Shown here in pieces: positions 63,870 to 64,000 of a stretch of 64,000 bases of DNA. The translations under genes and the position numbers were made by a program. The DNA is from Tubiluchus corallicola (lineage: Eukaryota; Animalia; Priapulida). The notes under the pieces were generated by a model. It was given only the letters and a program-made list of their open reading frames with translations, was not told the origin of the DNA and searched no databases. The DNA lies in NCBI GenBank assembly GCA_030141605.1, contig JAQGDQ010000200.1, forward strand, positions 1 to 64,000, given 5' to 3'. Each line of letters starts with the position of its first letter. Positions within the stretch are counted from its first letter, which is position 1.

Positions 63870-64000
63870 ATCTATGCTTAACTTAATGAGGCAAATGAGG
63901 CAGCATGGATAAAGAGTGCTGGGCCAAAAAAATTACAGTCTACTACCTTATTTGGACACGTACCCCTTTTGGAACTTCATACCCGCCTAGAATCAGATCT

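Overview
AT-rich, intron-containing animal (invertebrate-looking) genomic DNA; most of the ORF track is spurious. Four spliced genes can be rebuilt by hand from GT-AG sites and frame continuity. (1) A neurocalcin/hippocalcin-type neuronal calcium sensor (+, coding exons 2004-2381 and 5059-5259, 192 aa). (2) An SLC6 Na+-dependent amino-acid transporter of the NAT/GlyT-like type (+, 11 firm exons 31951-47184, plus a probable 21-nt first coding exon at 17477-17497; about 633 aa). (3) A small secreted or GPI-type LRR + 3xEGF protein (+, 53888-57150, 381 aa). (4) The last two exons of a mitochondrial-clan cytochrome P450 (-, 62444-62650 and 59885-60070). The rest is packed with TTAA-flanked Kolobok-like non-autonomous transposons (4 families, about 20 copies or fragments), Tc1/mariner and Tigger relics, LINE 3' fragments, MITEs and about 10 minisatellites. 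The most notable oddities are a 33-bp minisatellite that amplified an SLC6 splice donor in frame about 43 times, and a Penelope-like inverted repeat with a minimal hammerhead ribozyme whose host-sense copy has both catalytic G residues mutated. Also notable are arrays nucleated at functional boundaries and the compact LRR-EGF protein. No CRISPR array, rRNA or clear tRNA gene was found. Coordinates are hand-counted, and repeat boundaries are approximate.
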